Assembly: GCA_949286525.1 (NCBI GenBank)
Contig: CASECT010000046.1
Coordinates: forward strand, 1,255-65,254
From: an uncultured Eubacteriales bacterium
GTDB taxonomy: Bacteria > Bacillota > Clostridia > Lachnospirales > Lachnospiraceae
Length of the DNA stretch: 64,000 nt
Direction: 5' to 3'
A program made the translations under genes and the position numbers. The first letter of the stretch is position 1. Each line of letters begins with the position of its first letter. This document shows, one piece after another, positions 1 to 10,676 of the stretch. The notes beneath the pieces were generated by a model. That model did not search any database. It was given only the letters and a program-made list of their open reading frames with translations, and had not been told where the DNA came from.

Positions 1-1064
1 CCCTCCGTCACAAGAGCCTTCATGAGAGCCGCGTTCCTGTCGGCGTTCTCTCCGGCAATACGATAAATCAGACGCTCCAGATTACTGGAGATCAGAATAT
101 CCATCGACGGAGAATTGGTCAGGATGAACTCCCTGTTCCTGTCATATACGCCCGTGCGGAAAAAGTCAAAGAGCACCTTGTTCTCGTTGGAGGCACAGAT
201 CAGTTTTCCGATGGGAAGTCCCATATTCTTTGCGTAGAAAGCTGCCAGAATATTTCCGAAATTGCCGGTGGGAACCACCACATTGATCGTCTCTCCCTCG
301 GCGATCTCCCCCGCCTTCAGCAATCTTCCATAAGCATAGACATAATAAACAATCTGGGGCACCAGACGGCCGATATTGATAGAGTTTGCCGAGGAGAACT
401 GATAGCCCTCCGCCTCCATCTCCTTTGCCAGAGCCGGATCAGAGAACATCTGCTTCACACCGGTCTGGGCCTGGTCGAAATTCCCGTGGATGCCCACCAC
501 GCAGGTATTGTCTCCCTTCTGGGTTACCATCTGCCTCTCCTGAATGGCGCTGACACCATCCTTGGGATAGAACACAACAATCTTTGTGCCCTCCACGCCG
601 GCAAAACCGGCCAGAGCTGCCTTTCCGGTGTCCCCGGATGTGGCGGTCAGAATGACGATCTCGTTTTTGACCTGATTTTTTCTGGCCGAGGTAATCATCA
701 GATGGGGAAGGATGGAGAGAGCCATATCCTTGAAGGCAATGGTCGCGCCGTGGAATAGTTCCAGGAAATAGGCGTCATCCTTCTTTACCAGAGGCGCGAT
801 CTCCTCCGTGTCAAACTTGGCGTCGTAGGCCTTCGCAATACAACTCTTCAGTTCCTCCTCCGAAAAGTCTGTCAGATACAGTTTCATAACCTCGTAAGCG
901 GTCTGCTGATAGGTCATTTCGCCAAGCTTTGGCAGAGGCACATTCAGCGCCGGAATGCGCTCAGGCACAAAGAGTCCGCCGTCGTTTGCCAGGCCCTTTA
1001 AAATTGCCTGAGAAGCGGTAGCCCGCTCCTGTCCGTCCCGCGTACTTACATAAATCATTTCCAT
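1..1064 (-). CDS. thrC: Threonine synthase (3' end runs off window)
   Basis: Manual translation from ATG at 1064: MEMIYVSTRDG..ASQAILKGLANDGGLFVP; ELFHGATIAFKDMAL PLP-lysine motif; TATSGDTG; VPTGNFGN. Confidence 0.95.
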   Translation of the reverse strand, partial: MEMIYVSTRDGQERATASQAILKGLANDGGLFVPERIPALNVPLPKLGEMTYQQTAYEVMKLYLTDFSEEELKSCIAKAYDAKFDTEEIAPLVKKDDAYFLELFHGATIAFKDMALSILPHLMITSARKNQVKNEIVILTATSGDTGKAALAGFAGVEGTKIVVFYPKDGVSAIQERQMVTQKGDNTCVVGIHGNFDQAQTGVKQMFSDPALAKEMEAEGYQFSSANSINIGRLVPQIVYYVYAYGRLLKAGEIAEGETINVVVPTGNFGNILAAFYAKNMGLPIGKLICASNENKVLFDFFRTGVYDRNREFILTNSPSMDILISSNLERLIYRIAGENADRNAALMKALVTE

Positions 1065-1085
1065 AATTCTCCTCGTCATCTGTGT

Positions 1086-1574
1086 TTATTTCTGGTTGAT
1101 ATAGTTTACCAGGCCGCCGCAGTCGATAATCTGCTGCATGAAGGGCGGAAACGCCTGTCCCTGGTAGGTAATTCCCCTGGTCTTGTTGGTTATCTTACCG
1201 CTGTCGAAATCCACTTCCACTTCGTCCCCGTCAGCAATGTCTTTCGCCGCCTCCGGGCACTCAATGATGGGCAGTCCGATATTGATGGCGTTGCGGTAAA
1301 AAATCCGGGCAAAAGTCTCCGCGATCACGCAGCTTACCCCTGCCGCCTTGATGGCCAGCGGCGCGTGCTCTCTGGAGGAACCGCATCCGAAATTCTTCGT
1401 GGCCACGATCAGGTCTCCGGGGGATACTTTCCTCACGAAATCCGCGTCGATATCCTCCATACAATGCTCCGCCAGCTCCTTCGGATCCGATGAATTCAGA
1501 TACCGCGCCGGAATGATCACATCGGTGTCCACATTGTCGCCAAATTTAAAAACCTTTCCACATGCTGCTTTCAT
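1086..1574 (-). CDS. leuD: 3-isopropylmalate dehydratase small subunit
   Basis: [24 protein letters not shown] motifs. Confidence 0.95.
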   Translation of the reverse strand: MKAACGKVFKFGDNVDTDVIIPARYLNSSDPKELAEHCMEDIDADFVRKVSPGDLIVATKNFGCGSSREHAPLAIKAAGVSCVIAETFARIFYRNAINIGLPIIECPEAAKDIADGDEVEVDFDSGKITNKTRGITYQGQAFPPFMQQIIDCGGLVNYINQK

Positions 1575-1586
1575 GATCTTTTCCTC

Positions 1587-2849
1587 CTACATTACTTCTT
1601 CCGGTCCGGAAATCTTACCCGTGATGGCGCTGGCCGCAGCTACCGCCGGACTGGCCAGATAGATCTCGGAATCCACATGTCCCATACGTCCCACAAAATT
1701 CCGGTTCGTGGTGGACACGCACCGCTCGCCCTCTGCCAGGATCCCCATGTATCCTCCCAGACAGGGACCGCAGGTAGGTGTGGAAACCACCGCCCCCGCC
1801 TCGATGAAGGTGCGGATAAATCCGGCCTCCATAGCGTCCAGGTAAATCTGCTGGGTAGCCGGGATCACGATAACCCGGAGGCCCTTCTTTACCTTTCTGC
1901 CTTTTAAAATCTCTGCCGCAGTGGCAAGATCTTCGAATCTTCCGTTGGTGCAGGAACCGATAACCACCTGATCGATGGGAATATCGCCCACCTCGTCGAT
2001 GACCTTCGTATTCTCGGGCAAATGGGGGAATGCCACCGTGGATTTCAAGGTGCCAAGATCGATGGTATACTCCTCGTCGTATACCGCATCCTCATCCGCC
2101 TCATATACTTTATAGGGACGGCCGGAGTGCTCCTCCATGTATTTTCTGGTCAGATCATCTACCGGAAAAATGCCGTTCTTGGCGCCGGCCTCAATGGCCA
2201 TATTCGCGATGGTAAAACGGTCGTCCATGGACAGATAGGAAATCCCCTCCCCCACAAACTCCAGAGATTTGTACAGAGCGCCGTCCACGCCAATGGTGCC
2301 GATCAGATGCAAAATCACATCCTTACCGCTGATATACTTTTTCGGTTTTCCCACAATGTTGATTTTAATAGCCGCAGGAACCTTGAACCAGGCCTTGCCG
2401 GTGGCCATGCCTGCCGCCATGTCCGTGCTGCCGACACCTGTGGAGAAAGCGCCGAGAGCACCGTAGGTACAGGTGTGAGAGTCCGCTCCGATGATGGCGT
2501 CCCCCGCCACGGTCAGTCCCTTTTCCGGAAGAAGCGCATGCTCGATTCCCATCTCTCCCACGTCAAAATAATTGGTAATCTCATTCCTGCAGGCGAACTC
2601 CCGCACGCACTTGCAATTCTCCGCCGATTTGATATCCTTGTTGGGGACAAAATGATCCATCACAAGCGCGATCTTATCCTTGTGGAACACACCGTCCACC
2701 TTCATTTTCTCAATCTCATGGATGGCAACCGGAGACGTAATGTCATTTCCCAGCACCAGATCCAAATCCGCCTCGATCAGCTGTCCGGCCGTTACCGACG
2801 CAAGTCCGGCGTGGGCTGCCAGTATTTTCTGTGTCATTGTCATTCCCAT
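1587..2849 (-). CDS. leuC: 3-isopropylmalate dehydratase large subunit
   Basis: [32 protein letters not shown] aconitase-family motifs. Confidence 0.95.
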   Translation of the reverse strand: MGMTMTQKILAAHAGLASVTAGQLIEADLDLVLGNDITSPVAIHEIEKMKVDGVFHKDKIALVMDHFVPNKDIKSAENCKCVREFACRNEITNYFDVGEMGIEHALLPEKGLTVAGDAIIGADSHTCTYGALGAFSTGVGSTDMAAGMATGKAWFKVPAAIKINIVGKPKKYISGKDVILHLIGTIGVDGALYKSLEFVGEGISYLSMDDRFTIANMAIEAGAKNGIFPVDDLTRKYMEEHSGRPYKVYEADEDAVYDEEYTIDLGTLKSTVAFPHLPENTKVIDEVGDIPIDQVVIGSCTNGRFEDLATAAEILKGRKVKKGLRVIVIPATQQIYLDAMEAGFIRTFIEAGAVVSTPTCGPCLGGYMGILAEGERCVSTTNRNFVGRMGHVDSEIYLASPAVAAASAITGKISGPEEVM

Positions 2850-2933
2850 GACCCGTTTCCTCCTCTTCTTTTTTCTGATAGTATTCTAACACAGATCATG
2901 TTATAATAGAAATACATAATAAACATATTTCCC

Positions 2934-2948
2934 ATAACTCTGCATTAT
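2934..2948. promoter_or_regulatory. LysR-type binding site ATAA-N7-TTAT (T-N11-A)
   Basis: ATAActctgcaTTAT between divergent leuC and LysR gene. Confidence 0.55.
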
Positions 2949-2991
2949 ATCCATTGTCGGAACCATTCGTTTTTCATGAAAGGAGACCATC

Positions 2992-3876
2992 ATGAACGAT
3001 CTTCTGTCAAATTACCACAACTTTTATGAAGTTGCAAGATGCGGCAGTATCTCAAAGGCCGCGCAGCAGCTTTTTATCAGCCAGCCTGCCCTCAGCAAAT
3101 CTATCAAAAAGCTGGAGGAGGCCTTGAAAGTCCGGCTCTTTATCCGCAGTTCCAAGGGCGTGATCCTGACGCCGGAGGGAAAACTTCTGTGGGAGTATGT
3201 ACAGAAAGCCTTCTTCTCTCTGGATGCCGCTGAACATCAGCTTGCCCGCATGGCCTCCCCCGACGCGGGTTCCCTGCGCATCGGCGTCAGCGCCACCCTG
3301 TGCAGGTACATGCTCCTGCCCTATCTTTCCGGTTTCATCAACGCTCATCCGGGTATCCACATCAGCATCTCCTGTCAGTCCACCAATGAGACGCTGGAGC
3401 TGCTGGAATCCGATGCCATCGATATCGGCCTGGTGGGAAAGCCGGAGCATCTGCGGGATATAACCTACTACGATCTGGATGAGATCGAAGATATCTTTGT
3501 AGCAACAGATGCCTGCATCTCCCGTCTCATGTTACCGGATGCATCCACAAAATCCATTCTGGAATCTGCAACGCTGATGCTGTTGAACAAGAACAATATG
3601 ACCCGGCAGTACATCGACGATTACCTGAACGAAAACCGCATACAGCCCAAGGACTATATCGAAATCTCCAATATGGATCTTCTGATTGAATTTGCACGCA
3701 TCGGTCTCGGCGTCGCCTGCGTCATCAAAAATTTTGTAAAAGAAGATCTGGCCTCCGGCGCTCTGACCCAGATTGCCCTGGATATCCCCATTCACAAGCG
3801 CCATGTGGGCTTCGCCTACAAAAAACCCCATCTGCAGAACAGGGCCCTGGAATTGTTTTTGGCTTTCGTAAAATGA
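2992..3876 (+). CDS. LysR-family transcriptional regulator, divergent from leuCD-thrC
   Basis: N-terminal HTH FYEVARCGSISKAAQQLFISQPALSKSIKKLE..LFIR..LTPEG. Confidence 0.93.
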   Translation: MNDLLSNYHNFYEVARCGSISKAAQQLFISQPALSKSIKKLEEALKVRLFIRSSKGVILTPEGKLLWEYVQKAFFSLDAAEHQLARMASPDAGSLRIGVSATLCRYMLLPYLSGFINAHPGIHISISCQSTNETLELLESDAIDIGLVGKPEHLRDITYYDLDEIEDIFVATDACISRLMLPDASTKSILESATLMLLNKNNMTRQYIDDYLNENRIQPKDYIEISNMDLLIEFARIGLGVACVIKNFVKEDLASGALTQIALDIPIHKRHVGFAYKKPHLQNRALELFLAFVK

Positions 3877-3934
3877 AAAACTCCCGGAGAATCTGTGAAT
3901 GCCCTACACATACACAGAGCCGCCGGGAGTTTTT
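3876..3934. terminator. Bidirectional intrinsic terminator between convergent LysR and ilvC
   Basis: AAAAACTCCCGG...CCGGGAGTTTTT inverted repeat. Confidence 0.7.
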
Positions 3935-3975
3935 ATCCTCGTCAACCCTGACGCGATTTTTCGTCAATCCCCGAA

Positions 3976-5521
<1,546 letters not shown>

Positions 5522-5611
5522 AAGCAAATCTCTTCCTTTCCAAGAACGCTTCTGTGTCATATGTAGGCCGAATCGGACGATCCGTCGTCTGATAAACTCA
5601 CATTACAAATA

Positions 5612-5639
5612 ATTCTAGCACATTCCCCGGTGTTGTCAA
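5612..5639 (-). promoter_or_regulatory. Sigma-A promoter of ilvNC
   Basis: TTGACA-16-TAGAAT with TG extended -10. Confidence 0.6.
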
Positions 5640-5668
5640 TCATATTTTCCCGCTGGAAAACCCATGGC

Positions 5669-6307
5669 TCAAAGAAGAAGTTCCCCCGCCGTCAGCAGTT
5701 CTATGCAAGTTTCTTCCTCCCCGGACATCTCTCCCTTTTCCTCGCACAGAGTAATGATCCAATCCTCTATCTGCCAGGTATGCCGCCGGATATTCTCCGT
5801 CTCTGCCTCCGGCTGCCGCAGAACTTCAAGAAGGGGGATATCCATAAGCTTCGCCAGTGCCTCTTTTCCGGTCCATACCCGGTAGAAGGCGGCATCATCC
5901 CCCCGTGCGAGATCCGTTCTCTCCGCAGCAGGAAAATATCGCTCCGCTACCTTCACGGGATAAGGGCGGATCCGCTCCGCATCAACTCCCACCGGCATTT
6001 CTCCCACGGCCACAGCAGCCAGCCCTTTCGTGTGGGTAACGGAGAAATGTACCGCCAATCGTGTCTCTGCTCCCTTACCGTCCAGATAAGGCTTTCCCCG
6101 GGAACTTGCACGGTAGGAGAAAGGCTCCGGCACTCCCTGCTGCCGCAGCAGACTTTCCAGAAGCGCTCCCGCAGCGATGGATTCCCGATGTCGCTCCAAA
6201 GACCGGATCCCATCCGCCCTCCGCCGCCGAGTTTCACTCAACTGTTGATAGAGAAGCTCCCACTGCCTTACCGTGATATCCTCCGTTCGGATAGCTGCAA
6301 CTCTCAT
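5669..6307 (-). CDS. 4'-phosphopantetheinyl transferase, Sfp-like
   Basis: GKPYL, HFSVTH, VGVDAE, FYRVWTGKEALAK motifs. Confidence 0.85.
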   Translation of the reverse strand: MRVAAIRTEDITVRQWELLYQQLSETRRRRADGIRSLERHRESIAAGALLESLLRQQGVPEPFSYRASSRGKPYLDGKGAETRLAVHFSVTHTKGLAAVAVGEMPVGVDAERIRPYPVKVAERYFPAAERTDLARGDDAAFYRVWTGKEALAKLMDIPLLEVLRQPEAETENIRRHTWQIEDWIITLCEEKGEMSGEEETCIELLTAGELLL

Positions 6308-6789
6308 ACCCCCAGGTCCCTTTCCATCCGAATATGGGGGCAGCGCTCCTCCAGAATCTCATCGCCGACTTTCTGATATCCCAATTTCCCATAAAATCCA
6401 CTGGCTCTGACCTGGGCAAAGAGCGCCGCTCGACTGCCTCCCATATCAACGATTTTCTGCTCTGCCGCTCCCACCAGTTTCTCTCCGTAATGCAGGCCGC
6501 GAAACTTTCGCATTACCGCCACACGCCCGACCATAAAGTTTCCATCCACCTCATCAAAGAAGACCCGGCAGGTTCCCGCCGGCTCTCCCTTTGCATAAAG
6601 CACCAGATGTTTCGCCCGTCCGTCGAGCTCGTCAAACTCCTCTGCGAATCCCTGTTCTTCCATAAAAACTTCCCGCCGGATCCGGACAGCCTCCTCAGGC
6701 AAAGTATCATATGTTCTGATCTCTATCTCGCCCTCCGCCGCATTTTTTACACCAGTCTCCACGATACTCTTTCTCATATGTTCCATCAC
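6304..6789 (-). CDS. GNAT acetyltransferase (ElaA/YjcF-like)
   Basis: IRREVFMEEQG..DELD, GRVAV..FRG..YG, FYGKLGY, PHIRM. Confidence 0.85.
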   Translation of the reverse strand: MMEHMRKSIVETGVKNAAEGEIEIRTYDTLPEEAVRIRREVFMEEQGFAEEFDELDGRAKHLVLYAKGEPAGTCRVFFDEVDGNFMVGRVAVMRKFRGLHYGEKLVGAAEQKIVDMGGSRAALFAQVRASGFYGKLGYQKVGDEILEERCPHIRMERDLGV

Positions 6790-7382
6790 GCTTCCCCCGC
6801 AAGTGTTTCCATCTCCCGGGCAACACCCTCTTCACAGGAGCGCATGGCGAGAATGGTCCGCTCCAGAAGGACATCCAGTTCCCAGCCAAGGCGCTGGGCG
6901 CCTGTGGCGATGACATCCCTGGAACAGCCCGCCGCGAACCGCTTATCTTTATATTTTTTCTTCAGACTCTTCAACTCCATGTCCATTACGCTCTTTGAGG
7001 GGCGCATCTTCGCTGCGGCTCCGACGAGCCCGGTCAGTTCGTCACAGGCGAAGAGGATTTTTTCCATAAAGTGCTTCGGCTCGATGTCGCTGCAGAGGCC
7101 ATAGCCATGGCTGCAGATGGAGGCGATCATTTCCTCAGATACTCCTGCCGGCCGCAGCAATTCCGGCGCCTTTTTGCAGTGCTGATCCGGATACTGCTCA
7201 AAATCAATATCGTGAAGCAATCCCACAATTCCCCAGTATTCCTCCTCATTCTCATATCCGTCTTCCCGGGCAAAATAACGCATTACCCACTCCACCGTCA
7301 GCCCGTGAAGGATGTGAAAATACTCCTTGTTGTACTCCATCAGAAGTTTCAGTGCTTCCTCCCTCGAAATTGTGCTCTCCAT
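6786..7382 (-). CDS. HD-domain hydrolase
   Basis: H..GLLHDIDFE..H..SH..LFACDELTGL..F.AGCSR. Confidence 0.85.
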   Translation of the reverse strand: MESTISREEALKLLMEYNKEYFHILHGLTVEWVMRYFAREDGYENEEEYWGIVGLLHDIDFEQYPDQHCKKAPELLRPAGVSEEMIASICSHGYGLCSDIEPKHFMEKILFACDELTGLVGAAAKMRPSKSVMDMELKSLKKKYKDKRFAAGCSRDVIATGAQRLGWELDVLLERTILAMRSCEEGVAREMETLAGEA

Positions 7383-7400
7383 CGTCGTGCGCCCTCCTTC

Positions 7401-8162
7401 CTACATCAGTCCGTCCATAACAAGCTCCACCGGACAGTGATCCGATCCAAAGATATCCGTGTGGATGGCCGCGCTCTCCATATGCTCCTTCAGTTCATCC
7501 GACACCAGGAAATAATCAATCCGCCACCCGGCATTCTTCTCCCTGGCCTTAAACCTGTAGGACCACCAGCTGTAAATCCCCTCCGCGTCGGGATAAAAAT
7601 TTCGGAAACTGTCGATAAATCCGCTGTCCAGAAGCTCCGTCATCTTCTCCCGCTCCTGGTCCGTAAATCCGGCGTTGTTCCGGTTGGTCTTGGGATTTTT
7701 CAGATCGATCTCCTCGTGGGCTACATTCATATCTCCACACACGATAACTCCCTTCCTCTCCGCCAGTTTTCCGAGATAACCGCGGAAAGCGTCCTCCCAC
7801 TCCATCCGGTAGGAAAGACGCTTCAACTCATTCTGGGAGTTGGGTGTGTAGACTGTCACAAGATAAAAGCGGTCGTATTCCAGGGTAATCACGCGCCCCT
7901 CCTGGTCATGTTCCTCGATACCCATGCCATAGGCAACCGACAATGGCGTGTGCTTTGTGAAAATTGCCGTCCCGGAATACCCCTTTCTCTTCGCGTAATT
8001 CCAGTACTGCTCGTATCCCGGCAGCTCCAGATCAATCTGCCCCTCCTGCAGCTTTGTCTCCTGCAGACAGAAAAAATCCGCGTCCAGCTTCTGAAATTCC
8101 TCCATAAAATTTTTATTGACGCAGGCCCGCAGGCCGTTTACGTTCCATGAAACCAGTTTCAT
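7401..8162 (-). CDS. xth: Exodeoxyribonuclease III / AP endonuclease
   Basis: MKLVSWNVNGLRA, LQETK, GDMNVAH, GWRIDY, SDHCP. Confidence 0.95.
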   Translation of the reverse strand: MKLVSWNVNGLRACVNKNFMEEFQKLDADFFCLQETKLQEGQIDLELPGYEQYWNYAKRKGYSGTAIFTKHTPLSVAYGMGIEEHDQEGRVITLEYDRFYLVTVYTPNSQNELKRLSYRMEWEDAFRGYLGKLAERKGVIVCGDMNVAHEEIDLKNPKTNRNNAGFTDQEREKMTELLDSGFIDSFRNFYPDAEGIYSWWSYRFKAREKNAGWRIDYFLVSDELKEHMESAAIHTDIFGSDHCPVELVMDGLM

Positions 8163-8307
8163 CCGTCTCTCCTCCATCCCGTCTATTTTTCGACAGCCCT
8201 TTTGGGCCGCCGAAATACCTGATGACATTCTACCATATCCGCCGGCGGCAGGCAACGGACCTTCTGATTTCCTCCGATTATTGCCTTAGCTTTTATCGCC
8301 TTGATAC

Positions 8308-8495
8308 TTACCGCCGCTCCTCCATAATCAGGTAGAAGGGATAAGACATTGGATACAGAAACCAGTATTTTGTGTTGAGCATCAGCACGGAAGGGACAAT
8401 GGAGGCCAGCGCCGCGCCCACGGAAAATACGGGCGCCACAATACAGACCGCGAGCATCCAGAAGAAGGTCAGCATGGGAACCGATGTCAGATTAT
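8308..8495 (-). pseudogene. Fragment of an ABC-transporter permease resembling lantibiotic-immunity permeases
   Basis: Manual translation (not in ORF track): LTSVPMLTFFWMLAVCIVAPVFSVGAALASIVPSVLMLNTKYWFLYPMSYPFYLIMEERR*; hydrophobic helices plus W.LYP.SYP motif. Confidence 0.5.
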
Positions 8496-8550
8496 CAGCT
8501 GATCGCCAATTCCGTAGGTATTGGCTTTTCTGTGCTGGTCATCAACGGCC

Positions 8551-9058
8551 ATGGGCCACGCCGGTCAGCTGGAAAACGACGCCTCTCTTCCTGTATGTGC
8601 GCAAAAAAAAAGCTGCCGCCATTCTGCGGCAGAGTTCCCGGATTAAAAATCTGATCAACGATCTGAATCTTGCGTCCAAACTGGAATACAATATGCAGCC
8701 CCTCAAAAAAAGGGAAGAAAACGCCGTCGCCCTGGTCCGGCAGGCAGCCGTCAACTGTATCAACCACAACGAGGACGGATGCCGCATTTTCGTCTCCGTC
8801 CACCGCACATCCCTGGAATGCAGAATCTGTATCGCCGACGACGGCCGCGGCGTCTGTGAGGAAACTCTGGAAAAGATCCGCTTCACGCCCCACTATATGA
8901 TGTGCGATACCAACACCACCCAACAGCGGCATGGCCTGGGCCTTCTGATTGTCAAGCAGATCGCGGCCTCCCACAACGGATCTCTCTCCGTGGGCCACAG
9001 CATCTATGGAGGTTTTCAGGCAATTTTGACACTCCCACTTTCCCGAACGGATCCCTGA
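8551..9058 (+). pseudogene. Sensor histidine kinase remnant (partial HisKA + HATPase_c), frameshifted and internally deleted
   Basis: MGHAGQLEND in one frame joins AAAILRQSSRIKNLINDLNLASKLEY in another across A9 at 8603-8611; N, DDGRG and HGLGL boxes present; no H-box or TM sensor. Confidence 0.75.
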
Positions 9059-9076
9059 CATTTTCAGGCCCGGCAA

Positions 9077-10525
9077 CTATCTGATGTTCTGTTCATCATC
9101 TTCTCTGCTCTTCGCATCCCGGTACCGGTATCCGAGCACGAACTGATTCTTACCTTTTTTCTTCGCTTCATAGAGAAGATGATCCGCGTTCCTGTACAGT
9201 TCATCAATATTCATTCCGGCTTCCAGCGGAATCACGCCGATACTGCAAGTCACGGACTGCTCCTCAATCTGTATGGTTTCGATTCCAGTCCTCAGGCGGT
9301 TCATATATGTCTTTACCTGATCTCTTGTAAGAGGGACTCGAATCAGCGCCACAAACTCATCGCCGCCCAGCCGGCCGAGAATGCCCGCTTCGCCTATTGT
9401 CCCGCGCAAGCGCTCCGCCACTTCTCTCAGCACCCTGTCCCCTTCTGGGTGCCCGAATCTGTCGTTGATCTCCTTGAAATAGTCCACATCCAGTATCATA
9501 AAGCAGCCCGCCTTTTCCAACTGGTCAAATTTCATCTCACGCAGAATTTTCTGGCCGATTTGAAAAAACTGTTGTCTGCCCATCAGGCCGGTCAATCCAT
9601 CCAGTCTTGCCTCATAGTAACGGTAATTGAAATTTTTCTGATACATTAAAATAAAGATAATGACGATCAGGGCTAATGAGATCATACCAAACAGGAATTG
9701 AATCTGTAAATGCATAACATCGTAGGAAAGCCTTCCGGTAACACTGATTCCATAGCTGGAAAAAACAATTCCCATTCGATTGGTAAAATACAACGCGACG
9801 CTGACAGAGGCCAGCAGAACCAGAACCAGCATGGCAGTCATTCCCACTCTGCTTTTCGGAGAGATTTCATTTACCTGATCCACATTCTCAATACGTTTCA
9901 GAAATCCCCTCAGAAGACCAGATTGCGCAAACAGGTAACAGGATACAACAATCACATTGACAACCGCGATAAAGGGAATAAAATCCCATCTGCGGATATC
10001 ATCCAATGTATTCGCCACCGTAAATCCCGCTTCAGGAAACAGCAGCTGCATAAAACTGTATACAAGCACAGTGTGTATTGTTCTGCCCACAGAGGAGACC
10101 AGAATGATCCCTGCAAGAGGATACCGTCCGTTTCTGGCAGCCCGATATAAAAATCCTATGACAAAACCGAAAAGCGCTCTGGATCCGACGCTTAAAACAA
10201 TGCTTTCAAAAGGTTTTCCACTCATTGCAGGAGAGAAGATCGCATCTCCTGCCGCCACATAAAAGGCTGAGGCCTTCCACATGGAGGCGATTCCAAACAC
10301 AGCCCCCACGATCGTGGAATTCTTTGGGCCCAGAACACATCCTGCCACCATAACCGGAATATAGACAAAAGCAAGAGATATCGGCTCAATATGCACATAT
10401 CCCATAAAAGAAAAAGACATAAAAAACTCCACCGCAATCAGTATCCAAAGCAGATAATGATTATTCTCGATCCCCCTGTTCCTCTTCTTCCGGAAAAGCG
10501 CCATTGCCATCCCCCTTACCTTCAT
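9077..10525 (-). CDS. Membrane diguanylate cyclase with ECF S-component-like N-terminal domain
   Basis: C-terminal DGLTGL, LDVDYFKEINDRFGHPEGD, RLGGDEF; N-terminal GYVHIEPISLAFVYIPVMVAGCVLGPKNSTIVGAVFG resembles PanT-type S-components; exact start uncertain. Confidence 0.85.
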   Translation of the reverse strand: MKVRGMAMALFRKKRNRGIENNHYLLWILIAVEFFMSFSFMGYVHIEPISLAFVYIPVMVAGCVLGPKNSTIVGAVFGIASMWKASAFYVAAGDAIFSPAMSGKPFESIVLSVGSRALFGFVIGFLYRAARNGRYPLAGIILVSSVGRTIHTVLVYSFMQLLFPEAGFTVANTLDDIRRWDFIPFIAVVNVIVVSCYLFAQSGLLRGFLKRIENVDQVNEISPKSRVGMTAMLVLVLLASVSVALYFTNRMGIVFSSYGISVTGRLSYDVMHLQIQFLFGMISLALIVIIFILMYQKNFNYRYYEARLDGLTGLMGRQQFFQIGQKILREMKFDQLEKAGCFMILDVDYFKEINDRFGHPEGDRVLREVAERLRGTIGEAGILGRLGGDEFVALIRVPLTRDQVKTYMNRLRTGIETIQIEEQSVTCSIGVIPLEAGMNIDELYRNADHLLYEAKKKGKNQFVLGYRYRDAKSREDDEQNIR

Positions 10526-10599
10526 TCTCCATAGGATAAGTATACCATAGTACTATCAAATTGGCACTCTCTATTTTTCTGTGACATAACCCCTGACAT

Positions 10600-10642
10600 A
10601 AAAACGCACTGGCAACAAGTTACCTTGCCTGTTGCCAGTGCG
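10600..10642 (-). terminator. Intrinsic terminator after the GGGtGRT gene
   Basis: CGCACTGGCAACA stem followed by T-tract on minus strand. Confidence 0.75.
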
Positions 10643-10676
10643 GATCTTATTCTGTGAACGCCTCTGGGGCTTTCGG

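Noticed and set aside
8372-9076. 228-aa plus ORF and 193-aa minus ORF as intact genes
   Set aside because: The first is a chimera of antisense permease sequence and a kinase remnant; the second is its shadow
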